Shown: in pieces, positions 47,480-56,177 of the stretch
Numbering within the stretch: position 1 is the first letter of the stretch
Layout of the letters: each line of letters opens with the position of its first letter
Assembly: GCA_045110315.1 (NCBI GenBank)
Contig: JBGCFY010000046.1
Coordinates: 49,016 to 113,015, forward strand
Source: Saprospiraceae bacterium
Lineage (GTDB): Bacteria > Bacteroidota > Bacteroidia > Chitinophagales > Saprospiraceae
Length of the DNA stretch: 64,000 nt
Direction: 5' to 3'
Notes under the pieces: model-generated
What the model was told of the DNA's origin: nothing
What the model saw: only the letters and a program-made list of their open reading frames with translations
Databases searched by the model: none
Translations under genes and position numbers: made by a program

Positions 47480-47607
47480 ATGGAAGTTTACATCATAAAC
47501 GTAATTGACCACTAGTGCGAAATTCCTCAACTTAGCATCAGCAATTATTTAGAAAATGAAAGAACAATAGATAGGTAAAGCGATTGAAACCCAATTGCCA
47601 ATACTTC

Positions 47608-47639
47608 AAAAAAATAAAGCCCTTGGCAAAAGCAAGGGC
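47608..47639 (-). terminator. probable parC terminator
   Basis: GCCCTTG (47619-47625) pairs with CAAGGGC (47633-47639). On the minus strand it is followed by TTTATTTTTTT. Confidence 0.55.
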
Positions 47640-47668
47640 ATTAAGAATGTTTAGTTTTTTAGACCTTC

Positions 47669-47707
47669 GCCTCTCACTTACACTATTGTAAGTAAGGGGC
47701 TTTTTTT
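47669..47707 (+). terminator. hairpin plus T7 on the + strand, abutting the parC stop
   Basis: GCCTCTCACTTAC pairs with GTAAGTAAGGGGC (13 positions: 11 Watson-Crick pairs, 1 GU pair, 1 mismatch). It is followed by TTTTTTT (47701-47707). Confidence 0.5.
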
Positions 47708-47729
47708 AAAGTTCTTTTATCAAAAAGGA

Positions 47730-50348
47730 TTAGAAAATTTTTGTTTGTCCACCCGGCTTCACATCAAGATCGATACTATCTCCTGCTTTCAACTTCGCCT
47801 TCGTCCCCTCAGCTTCAATTTCTTTGATGCCCGTCAGCCGTTGATCGCTCAATTTATTTCCCAGTGCTTTCCACCCTTTTACATCAATAAATTCTGACAG
47901 GTTAATTTCTCCGTCCATTTTTTGAGACTTCACTTTCATCGTATAAGCAATTTTCGCCTCATCTTGGATTGTAGCAAACATTAACTTAGAGCTTCTATGG
48001 TCTGTGATATAACTATAGCGTTGATTATTTTTTTGCGTTTCGATATGAAAGCGTTTCACCATCGTCCAACCTTTATTACCATCGTAGTACATCGCGCTTA
48101 CCACAAGTTTCTCCTCAAACTTACCGAGATAAAGTAATTCTTTTGGATCGAATTTTTTCATCAAGTCGTAATCGAGCACTTCGTAGCTTCCATCCTTATA
48201 CAAAGCAAAAAGATCATCTCCCGTATCAAATTCCCCTAAGTAGCGTCCTCGCTCCGAAGTATTTAACCGGCAACTTACTTCGTCTAACCACACTTTTTGT
48301 GCCCCTAAAGTCGATTTACCGGCTTCTTTCTGTGTAATTTTCCGAACTGGATATTTCGTTAAAACGTTCCCTTGTGTACCTCGCCCCTTAATCGCAATAT
48401 CATCAAAGTTAAAATCAAAAACCTTTTTCTTTGCGGTGCATCCTTGAGAAAGTTGTACCGTTACAATTTCAGATTCTCCATTAGGATTAGCTGTCAGGTA
48501 ATGAACTTTAGACTTTGGATTTCCTTTGGTCAAATGGTACGCTTTGTCTCTCGTGACCGCTGTAACGTTAAATCGTTTTGCGAACGAACGCCCTGTTTTA
48601 CTATCAACGTAGACGAGGTTGTAAGTTGTCCGTTCATCTCCTTTTTTCCAAACAGCTACGTGCAGAATATTCTTCCCCATGAAAACCTTATCAGAAATTC
48701 TAGAGACCTGAAAAACACCATCGGCGCGAATCACAATAATATCATCAATATCAGAACACTCACAAATGTACTCGTCTTTTTTCATGCCGTAACCAATAAA
48801 ACCATCTTTACGATTTACGTAAAGCTTCGAATTATTAGCGACCACCTCTGTCGCTTTGATAGTATCAAAAGTGGTAATTTTCGTTTTGCGTTCTCTTCCT
48901 TTTCCATACTTAACTAACAAACGTTCGAAGTAAGCAACAGAAAACTCCGTCAAATGCACCAAATCGTGTTTAACTTGCTTCAGTTCTGCTTCAATCTTTT
49001 CGATTAATTCGTCTGCTTTGAAAGAATTATATTTTGAAATTCGCTTAATCCGAATTTCCGTCAATCTAGTAATGTCATCTTGCGTAATAGCTCGAAGTAA
49101 TTTAATCCGTTTATCGCCCCGTTTAGCTTTCTCTCCGGGCGCAATAACATATTTTTTCAGTGCTTCGTCGATGGTAGAAATTACTGCTTCCCAAGTTTCA
49201 CACTCTTCAATCTCTCGGTATATTCTATTTTGAATGAAGATTTTTTCTAAACTTGAAAAGTGCCATTTTTCCTCTAGTTCGCTTTTTTTAATTTCTAGCT
49301 CTTGTCTCAACAGATCTTTGGTACTCTCCGTACTCAAGCGCAAGATTTCGTTGACGTCCATAAAGCAAGGCTTATCATCAATAATGACACAAGCATTAGG
49401 AGAAATAGAAACTTCACAATTCGTAAAAGCCATCAGTGCATCGATCGTTACGTCTGGCGACACCCCTGGTGCTAAATCAACCAAAATTTCTACGTCTTTA
49501 GCTGTATTATCTACAACCTTTTTGATTTTGATTTTCCCCTTATCATTGGCTTTAACAATACTCTCGATCAGGTTATTCGTCGTAACCCCGTAAGGCAACT
49601 CTCTGATCACGAGGGTACTTTTGTTTAACTGTTCCACTTTGGCTCGCACCTTTACCCGACCGCCACGTTTTCCACCGTTGTATTCACTGACATCAATAAA
49701 GCCCGCCGTCAAGAAATCAGGATAAATCTTTACTTTTTTTCCTTGCAAGATTTTAATAGAAGCTTTAATTAACTCTACGAAGTTGTGTGGTAAAATTTTG
49801 GTGGAAAGTCCTACGGCAATTCCTTCTACGCCTTGCGAAAGCAACAATGGAAATTTCATTGGAAGATTAACCGGTTCATTTTTCCGACCATCATAAGAAA
49901 TTTGCCATTCGGTGGTTTGACCATTAAAAGCGACATCCAAGGCAAACTTAGTCAATCGTGCTTCAATATATCTAGCCGCTGCCGCTCGATCTCCCGTACG
50001 GTAATCTCCCCAGTTTCCTTGACAATCAATCAGCAAATCTTTTTGCCCTAGGTTGACAAGTGCATCACCGATAGCAGCATCTCCGTGAGGGTGAAACTGC
50101 ATAGTTTGTCCGATAACGTTGGCTACCTTATGAAATCGACCGTCATCCATCTCTTTTAGTGCGTGCAAAATTCGGCGTTGCACGGGCTTCAAACCGTCAC
50201 CAATATAAGGAACCGCACGTTCAAGAATAACGTAAGAAGCATAATCTAAAAAATAATCCTTATACATCCCCGATAAGGTAATCATACCTTCTTCTGTGTG
50301 GGTGGAAGAGATAGGCGGCTCCTTTTGTTCTATTTTTTTATTTGCCAT
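47730..50348 (-). CDS. parC: DNA topoisomerase IV subunit A (GyrA/ParC family)
   Basis: 872 aa. YASYVILERAVPYIGDGLKPVQRRILHAL, active-site context AAARYIEARL, and a C-terminal beta-pinwheel region. The length and N-terminus fit the Bacteroidota ParC type rather than GyrA. Confidence 0.85.
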   Translation of the reverse strand: MANKKIEQKEPPISSTHTEEGMITLSGMYKDYFLDYASYVILERAVPYIGDGLKPVQRRILHALKEMDDGRFHKVANVIGQTMQFHPHGDAAIGDALVNLGQKDLLIDCQGNWGDYRTGDRAAAARYIEARLTKFALDVAFNGQTTEWQISYDGRKNEPVNLPMKFPLLLSQGVEGIAVGLSTKILPHNFVELIKASIKILQGKKVKIYPDFLTAGFIDVSEYNGGKRGGRVKVRAKVEQLNKSTLVIRELPYGVTTNNLIESIVKANDKGKIKIKKVVDNTAKDVEILVDLAPGVSPDVTIDALMAFTNCEVSISPNACVIIDDKPCFMDVNEILRLSTESTKDLLRQELEIKKSELEEKWHFSSLEKIFIQNRIYREIEECETWEAVISTIDEALKKYVIAPGEKAKRGDKRIKLLRAITQDDITRLTEIRIKRISKYNSFKADELIEKIEAELKQVKHDLVHLTEFSVAYFERLLVKYGKGRERKTKITTFDTIKATEVVANNSKLYVNRKDGFIGYGMKKDEYICECSDIDDIIVIRADGVFQVSRISDKVFMGKNILHVAVWKKGDERTTYNLVYVDSKTGRSFAKRFNVTAVTRDKAYHLTKGNPKSKVHYLTANPNGESEIVTVQLSQGCTAKKKVFDFNFDDIAIKGRGTQGNVLTKYPVRKITQKEAGKSTLGAQKVWLDEVSCRLNTSERGRYLGEFDTGDDLFALYKDGSYEVLDYDLMKKFDPKELLYLGKFEEKLVVSAMYYDGNKGWTMVKRFHIETQKNNQRYSYITDHRSSKLMFATIQDEAKIAYTMKVKSQKMDGEINLSEFIDVKGWKALGNKLSDQRLTGIKEIEAEGTKAKLKAGDSIDLDVKPGGQTKIF

Positions 50349-51181
50349 ATTTTGAAATTCTATCGTAAGGATCGAAAGCAGATTTAGATAAAACAGAATA
50401 AACTCAGCTCTACGATCGTTAGCCTGCTAAATAGTTTAAAAAACAATTTTTCTTGAGTTGACCCCACAAAAAAACGAAACTTAAATTTCGTGTTCAAGTC
50501 TTAGGTAATCAAATTATCAAAATCGTTCATAATAATCACAAATATAATTTTTTTCATTCAAAATGTAAGCTATTTGCGTATTAAATGTCATTAATTTAAG
50601 ACCATTTTGGTTTTTTCTTCCCGATAGCAAAATGCTACTTTAAGGGAAATTACGTCAACTAGTTGCTTTTTCTGTGTTAAAATTCGGTTAAGCGATAAAA
50701 CTATCACCCAAAAATCTATTTTTATGCTTACATTTAAGAAACCAGACGGCTTTATCGTTTACTAAAATAAATAGTCTGGATAATCAATATTAAGTGAGTC
50801 GGAAGTCAACCCGATATATCTCCTCATAGAAAATGCCAATTTAAATATACTTGCTAACATAGGCTTCTATTTGCATAGAATAGTCTATCGTCAGCATTCC
50901 ATCCAATTTGGATGATCCTTAAAAACTAAAGCAAAGATGAATGCCCAAGATTAAATTGGGATAATAGCAAATTCAAGGATGCTTTAAACGAAAATTAGTA
51001 ATCAAACTAGGAAGTTATCTTACCATACATTAAACACTACTTCCGAGCGAAGCAGCAATTCTTACTCGCAGCGCGTTTTACCTTTGATTATTTGTTATAG
51101 AGACGAAAACGAAAGAGAATTCCCCTTTTGTTAAGTTGTAATTTCCGGTTTTTAGGGCTAACTTTATTAAATTGTTCACCG

Positions 51182-51745
51182 ATGGAAATTGCTTTGCAAT
51201 TGCAACACGAAGAAAAAGATTTTATCTCCGCCTGCATCAATAAAGAACGCTGGGCACAAAAAAAGCTATATGAAGATCACTATAGCAAGATGATGGGGGT
51301 ATGTCTTCGCTATTCTAACAATCGGGAAGACGCACTAGATATTCTTCATGAAAGCTTTATCAAAGTCTTTAGAAATTTGGAGAAATATCAAACAGGAACT
51401 TCTCTTTCTGCTTGGATTCGGCGGATCATGGTGAACACTTCCATTGATTTTTATCGCAAGAGTATTCGTAAACGTACAGAGGATTTAGATACTGCGTATC
51501 ATCTTAGTACTAATGATGCCGATGCGGTTAGTCAATGTACCGAAAAAGAAATTCTAAGTGCGGTACAAACGCTTTCACCAGCTTACCGTGCCGTTTTCAA
51601 CCTATACATAATTGAAGGATATTCACACAGAGAGATCGCGGGACAACTCGGTATTACCGAAAGTACTTCTCGATCTAATTTAGTTAAAGCAAGATTAAAA
51701 TTAAAGGCAATACTTTCGAGTAAGTTTATTGGGTATGGAAAATAA
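51182..51745 (+). CDS. ECF-type RNA polymerase sigma-70 factor
   Basis: The track starts at TTG 51128; ATG 51182 gives MEIALQLQHEEKDFISACINKERWAQKKLYEDHYSKMMGVCLRY. Region 2 is DILHESFIKVF...AWIRRIMVNTSIDFYR. Region 4 is YRAVFNLYIIEGYSHREIAGQLGITESTSRSNLVKARLKL. Confidence 0.85.
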   Translation: MEIALQLQHEEKDFISACINKERWAQKKLYEDHYSKMMGVCLRYSNNREDALDILHESFIKVFRNLEKYQTGTSLSAWIRRIMVNTSIDFYRKSIRKRTEDLDTAYHLSTNDADAVSQCTEKEILSAVQTLSPAYRAVFNLYIIEGYSHREIAGQLGITESTSRSNLVKARLKLKAILSSKFIGYGK

Positions 51746-53345
51746 GCATTTTGATAAAAAGATAAGAGAAAAGTTGCAAGACTTGGAGGGGGATTTTTTC
51801 CCTAGTGATTGGAGTGCCTTCGAGCAGCGCCTCGACCTAGATAGTAATCCCGCTACCGAACCAGAACTGGAAGATCTCTATTTTGATGGTGTTGTCCACG
51901 ACAAGCTCAATGAAATGGAGGTTCCTTACCAAGAATCTCACTGGCAGTTGATGAGTCAAAAGCTGGACGATGCTTTCTCTTGGCGTAGAAAGATTTACAA
52001 GTATAAAGTAATAGAGTTAGCTTTGATGAGCTTAGCCATCTTTACTTTCGTACAATTCATGACTAATCATGAGCAGCAAGCTCGTCCTATTGAAAATCAA
52101 ACTAATAAGGCTAGCGTTGAAATGCCAAAGGCTCAACTTGTGCCTACGACAACCGAAGACGTAGAAACAATCGCATTAACCAATGCTGATGCTGCATCGA
52201 CAAAGGAAAGTCAACAATTAGTAAAACAAGGAAAAGCTAACGCTTCAAAAGCAGAAAACCTTAGTATTGTATCTAAAGCTTCTACTAGTTCTTCTACCCC
52301 AAGTATAATAGGAACCAATCCGAGCCCTACAACCACGGCTCCACTCGCAAGCTTTAAGCAATTTGCAGAATTACCTAAAGTATCGACCAAGTTGTTGACG
52401 CCCGTAACTGTTGTACCTCAAGATAAAAAGACTAATTCTTCTCAACAACAATATCTTTCTCAAAGTAATACTCAATCAGAAACGCTTTTTCCAGCACTGG
52501 AAAAAAATGCGGCTAATTTATCAAATGCTCCGGAAAGATTTTCGCAAGATATTCTTCCTATTGGTAAGCAAGCCTTACTACCACTCGTTGCTAATGAAAA
52601 ACAAATGCAAGAAAAAAACTTAGCGTATACTTTACCTAAGTTGAAACAAACGGGTTTACGTTTTGGGATGTTCAGTACCATGGATTATAATTACGTACTA
52701 ACTCCTTACGATGTTCTATTTGAAAATGAAGCAGGTATTCGCACCGCAATTGGCTATAGTGCTGGCTTTAGTTTGGGCTTTCGCTTTACGAGATTTGAGT
52801 TAGAAACAGGCGCTTCTTTTGCGGTTAATAAGTATACCCAAAATCTTAGTGAGATTGTGGGACTTGGCAATGGGTTGGAATATTTACTCATTGATGAATT
52901 GAAAGATATAGAACTCAACGTACTTAAAGTTCCTTTGAACTTACGTTATACTTTTGCGAAATTTGGCAAATGGCATACTTATGTTCTTTCTGGTTTTTTT
53001 TTATATATGGCGATTCAAGCCAACTACGATCGTCAGCAGACTTTCTTAACAAATGCTTCTGCGCGAGGCTTCAATAACTTCAAAGCGAATTTAGATGAAC
53101 CTTTGGCCTTAGACAATAAAAAATATCCTGACGGCTTATTGGAAGGTGGTAACTTTATGGAAAATAGCTACTTTACCACTAATCTTGGTTTAGGCATTGA
53201 ACATATACTTTCTCCCCGCTGGAGTTTATTTTTCCAGCCTTCTTATCATCATTTTATTCAGATTTCAGAAGAACGATTAGGACCGAATAAAGATCGTATC
53301 AATACTTTTTCCATTTCTGCTGGTGCAAAGGTAAATTTGAAGTAA
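51735..53345 (+). CDS. sigma-factor-coupled membrane protein with anti-sigma-like N-terminus, TM helix, low-complexity linker and C-terminal beta-barrel-like domain
   Basis: The ATG overlaps the sigma gene 3' end by 11 nt. The TM helix is VIELALMSLAIFTFVQFM. A Ser/Thr/Pro/Gln-rich ~200-aa linker follows. The C-terminal ~230 aa has an alternating beta pattern. Confidence 0.6.
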   Translation: MENKHFDKKIREKLQDLEGDFFPSDWSAFEQRLDLDSNPATEPELEDLYFDGVVHDKLNEMEVPYQESHWQLMSQKLDDAFSWRRKIYKYKVIELALMSLAIFTFVQFMTNHEQQARPIENQTNKASVEMPKAQLVPTTTEDVETIALTNADAASTKESQQLVKQGKANASKAENLSIVSKASTSSSTPSIIGTNPSPTTTAPLASFKQFAELPKVSTKLLTPVTVVPQDKKTNSSQQQYLSQSNTQSETLFPALEKNAANLSNAPERFSQDILPIGKQALLPLVANEKQMQEKNLAYTLPKLKQTGLRFGMFSTMDYNYVLTPYDVLFENEAGIRTAIGYSAGFSLGFRFTRFELETGASFAVNKYTQNLSEIVGLGNGLEYLLIDELKDIELNVLKVPLNLRYTFAKFGKWHTYVLSGFFLYMAIQANYDRQQTFLTNASARGFNNFKANLDEPLALDNKKYPDGLLEGGNFMENSYFTTNLGLGIEHILSPRWSLFFQPSYHHFIQISEERLGPNKDRINTFSISAGAKVNLK

Positions 53346-53358
53346 GTACTAAGACAAA
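53346..53358 (+). repeat. GTACTAAGACAAA half-element (copy C)
   Basis: The same exact 13-mer occurs at 39822-39834 and 54339-54351. It starts 1 nt after the TAA stop at 53343-53345. I found no convincing partner arm. Confidence 0.6.
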
Positions 53359-53379
53359 ATTGTTTTAAAATATTCTTAC

Positions 53380-53415
53380 AAAAAGCCTTGAACGTTGATT
53401 CGTTCAAGGCTTTTT
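53380..53415. terminator. bidirectional intrinsic terminator between convergent genes
   Basis: AAAAA + GCCTTGAACG (53385-53394), loop ttgatt, CGTTCAAGGC (53401-53410) + TTTTT. The stem is a perfect 10 bp. Confidence 0.8.
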
Positions 53416-54233
53416 CATGTTTGCTGTGAAAGCAAATATTTATTCAAACTCGCGTAAAGAAAATGATGTCCGCCTTCTAGCAGTTGAAATTCAATATGTT
53501 TAGCACCTTTAGACAAGCTCGTTCCTAAATGAGCGGGGATAATTTTATCTTTCTTGCCGAAAAACAGTTTTACGGGGAGTTTTCGCTCGATCAATTTACT
53601 TTTTAATTTTGACAATGGCATTAAGTGAAAATGGTCAAGTGAAGCCCAAATTCCAAAAGCACGATCTCGGCGAGCGGGTGTAGATAGTTCCGATTGTAGA
53701 AACTTAGGCACAAATCCTGTAACGAGTTTCCAGCGATAGAGTAGCTTCGAAAAGTTGATGAGCCAATCGGGTTGTTCTACCCAATGATATAACTTATTCC
53801 GCAAAAAAGAAGGTACTTTCATCATTCGATCAACCCAACGATTTTCCAAACCATCCGGTGCAATTAACCATAGTTCCTGAAGATTACTATCAAAATGATC
53901 AACCATCATTAAGGCTAATCTTCCCCCTAAGCTATAGCCCATCAACGAAAAAGAACCTTGCTTTTCCTTTACTAAGATTAACTCAATAATTGCTTGGATA
54001 TCTTCCGGCCTAAAGCTTTTTGATCGCCAGGTAGTCTCTCCGTGAAAAGGTAAGTCTAAAGCAATAATCGTGTAGCTTTCGGATAATGATTCTGATAGAG
54101 TCAAAAAAGCAATCGCATTTTCGGCGTATCCGTGCAAGGCAAAAAGGAGTTTTTCTCCTTTACCAAATTTAAGAAAATGTAAAGTTGATCCTTGATAATC
54201 TAAATTATCCTTAATATATCCGCGCTGAGACAA
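53415..54233 (-). CDS. alpha/beta-fold hydrolase
   Basis: TTG start. HG oxyanion block LLFALHGYAENA. Nucleophile elbow LMGYSLGGRLAL. C-terminal His region. Confidence 0.8.
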   Translation of the reverse strand: MSQRGYIKDNLDYQGSTLHFLKFGKGEKLLFALHGYAENAIAFLTLSESLSESYTIIALDLPFHGETTWRSKSFRPEDIQAIIELILVKEKQGSFSLMGYSLGGRLALMMVDHFDSNLQELWLIAPDGLENRWVDRMMKVPSFLRNKLYHWVEQPDWLINFSKLLYRWKLVTGFVPKFLQSELSTPARRDRAFGIWASLDHFHLMPLSKLKSKLIERKLPVKLFFGKKDKIIPAHLGTSLSKGAKHIEFQLLEGGHHFLYASLNKYLLSQQT

Positions 54234-54338
54234 ATTTCATTTTTTTTCCGAACAAACAATAAATGCTTACGTTTTGCTAGAGAACTTATGGTAATTACTA
54301 CTTTTATAAAAGTAAAGTCAAAATCCTTCGTAACGTAG

Positions 54339-54351
54339 GTACTAAGACAAA
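54339..54351 (+). repeat. GTACTAAGACAAA half-element (copy D)
   Basis: Exact 13-mer in the divergent intergenic region between 54233 (-) and 54448 (+). Confidence 0.6.
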
Positions 54352-54447
54352 GTTAAGTAATAGTTTACGGATCAGGTCTTTTGATCATTAAGAGATACAC
54401 AATTTTAGCGAAATCTCGACTCAAATTAATCAACAAAATAAAACCTT

Positions 54448-55206
54448 ATGACTAAGTTTCCTCAATTTTCTATCCTTATTTTCACAATTTTCTTAATCAC
54501 TAGTTGTGGTGGCGTTAAGGATTATCAGTCTTCAGCCAAACCCATTACCCACGAATTATGGGATAGCTTGGTGCAAGCGCACGTGAGTGAAACGGGTAAA
54601 GTCAATTATAAAGGTTTCATCAAAGATAGCGTACAGCTAAATAAATATTTAAACTTGATTGGTAAAAATCACGCTAACGATAGTTGGACAAAGGAACAAC
54701 GCTTAGCCTACTGGATCAATGCTTACAATGCATTTACCGTCAAGTTAATTATTGATAATTACCCGGTGAAAAGTATCAAAGATATCAAAAAAGGACTTTC
54801 GTTGATCAGTACCGTCTGGGATATTGAGTTTATCAACATTGAAGCGGCGAAATATAGCTTAGGGAATATAGAGCACGACATTTTGCGAAAGCGCTTCGAA
54901 GAACCACGCATTCATTTTGCCATTAATTGTGCCTCTGTTTCTTGCCCAATTTTACTCAACGAGGCTTATACTCCCAAGAAGCTAGAAGAACAACTTACCA
55001 AGCAAAGTAAAGCTTTTATTAATAATCCAGAAAAAAATAAAATCACCGCTAACCAACTAGAGCTTTCTAAAATATTCAAATGGTTCAAAGGAGATTTTGA
55101 AAAGAATGGCAACCGCATTGATTTTCTAAACAAGTATGCGAAAGTAAAAATTAATGCTGATGCTAATTATGATTACATGGATTATGATTGGAATTTGAAT
55201 GAGTAG
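54448..55206 (+). CDS. DUF547-domain lipoprotein
   Basis: Lipobox LITSCGG. RLAYWINAYNAFTVKLIIDNYP and IHFAINCASVSCPIL match the DUF547 pattern. Confidence 0.8.
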   Translation: MTKFPQFSILIFTIFLITSCGGVKDYQSSAKPITHELWDSLVQAHVSETGKVNYKGFIKDSVQLNKYLNLIGKNHANDSWTKEQRLAYWINAYNAFTVKLIIDNYPVKSIKDIKKGLSLISTVWDIEFINIEAAKYSLGNIEHDILRKRFEEPRIHFAINCASVSCPILLNEAYTPKKLEEQLTKQSKAFINNPEKNKITANQLELSKIFKWFKGDFEKNGNRIDFLNKYAKVKINADANYDYMDYDWNLNE

Positions 55207-55249
55207 TAAACAAGCAATCAATTACCGGATCGCATCAAATGACCCTAAG

Positions 55250-55720
55250 CTAAAACCTACCTCGTTTGATGCGATCCATTTCTCTCTTATTGTCTTTAGC
55301 TTTAATGGACTCTCGCTTGTCGTAAGATTTCTTTCCTTGAGATAATTGTAAGGTTAGTTTGGCAAAGCCTCTTTCTGAGATAAATAAACGATACGGCACA
55401 ATCGTATTTCCTTTTTCTTTTACGCGCCGCTCCAATTTTTTAAGTTCTCCTTTCTTTAATAATAATTTGCGAAGTCTACGAGTTTCATGATTATAATGCG
55501 TACCAAATCGATACTCACCGATAAACATATTTTTAATGAAAAGTTCCCCTTTACGAATATAACAAAAAGCATCTTTCAGGTTGGCATTACCGGCTCTAAT
55601 GGATTTAATTTCCGTTCCGAATAATACAATCCCCGCCTCGTATTCTTGTAAAAATTGAAATTCAAACTTTGCTTTACGATTGACAATCTCAACTTTCTTT
55701 ATTTTTTTTTCTTTTGCCAT
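55250..55720 (-). CDS. smpB: SsrA-binding protein
   Basis: 156 aa. NRKAKFEFQFLQEYEAGIVLFGTEIKSIRAGNANLKDAFCYIRKGELFIKNMFIGEY... plus the basic C-terminal tail. Confidence 0.95.
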   Translation of the reverse strand: MAKEKKIKKVEIVNRKAKFEFQFLQEYEAGIVLFGTEIKSIRAGNANLKDAFCYIRKGELFIKNMFIGEYRFGTHYNHETRRLRKLLLKKGELKKLERRVKEKGNTIVPYRLFISERGFAKLTLQLSQGKKSYDKRESIKAKDNKREMDRIKRGRF

Positions 55721-55786
55721 TAGCTATCTTTACAACACTTATTTAGTGGTCAATTATTCTACTCACCTATTTAAACCAAAAAAAGA

Positions 55787-56101
55787 CTACTTTAGTTTCA
55801 CCGCAGTGCCATAGGCTAAAATTTCGGAACAGCCAGCCATTACTGCCGAGGTCGTAAATCGAACATTAATAATAGCATCTGCTCCCAACGAATGGCCATC
55901 ATTAATCATGCGTTCTAACGCATCTTCTCGCGCTTCTGCTAACAGACGAGTGTACTCCGTAATTTCACCACCAATAATGTTTTTTAGACCTGCAAAAATA
56001 TCACGACCGATATTTCTAGCCCGTACCGTACTTCCTCTCGCAATATCTAGCACCTCAATAATTTCATAACCAGAAACAAAGTTTGTCGTTGAAATAATCA
56101 T
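55787..56101 (-). CDS. ybjQ: YbjQ/UPF0145-family protein
   Basis: 104 aa. GYEIIEVLDIARGSTVRARNIGRDIFAGLKNIIGGEI.EYT.LLAEAREDALERMI..A..LGADAIINVRF. Confidence 0.85.
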   Translation of the reverse strand: MIISTTNFVSGYEIIEVLDIARGSTVRARNIGRDIFAGLKNIIGGEITEYTRLLAEAREDALERMINDGHSLGADAIINVRFTTSAVMAGCSEILAYGTAVKLK

Positions 56102-56177
56102 ATTTGGATAGATTTAAAATAGAAGGTATTGATCTCTTTTTCGATTGAGGTCAATACCTTCTCGGGATGGATAAATA

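Noticed and set aside
48372-48917. 181-aa + strand ORF, with many similar 60-120-aa ORFs antisense to long genes (e.g. 1483..1776, 8444..8677, 28817..29143, 30840..31094, 35653..35925, 49234..49593)
   Set aside because: They lie entirely within well-supported genes on the opposite strand or in another frame, have low-complexity or odd composition, and carry no recognisable motifs. They are shadow ORFs.
49801-49812. GGAAAGTCC string resembling the conserved RNase P RNA box
   Set aside because: It lies inside the parC coding region with none of the other RNase P helices around it, so it is a chance match.
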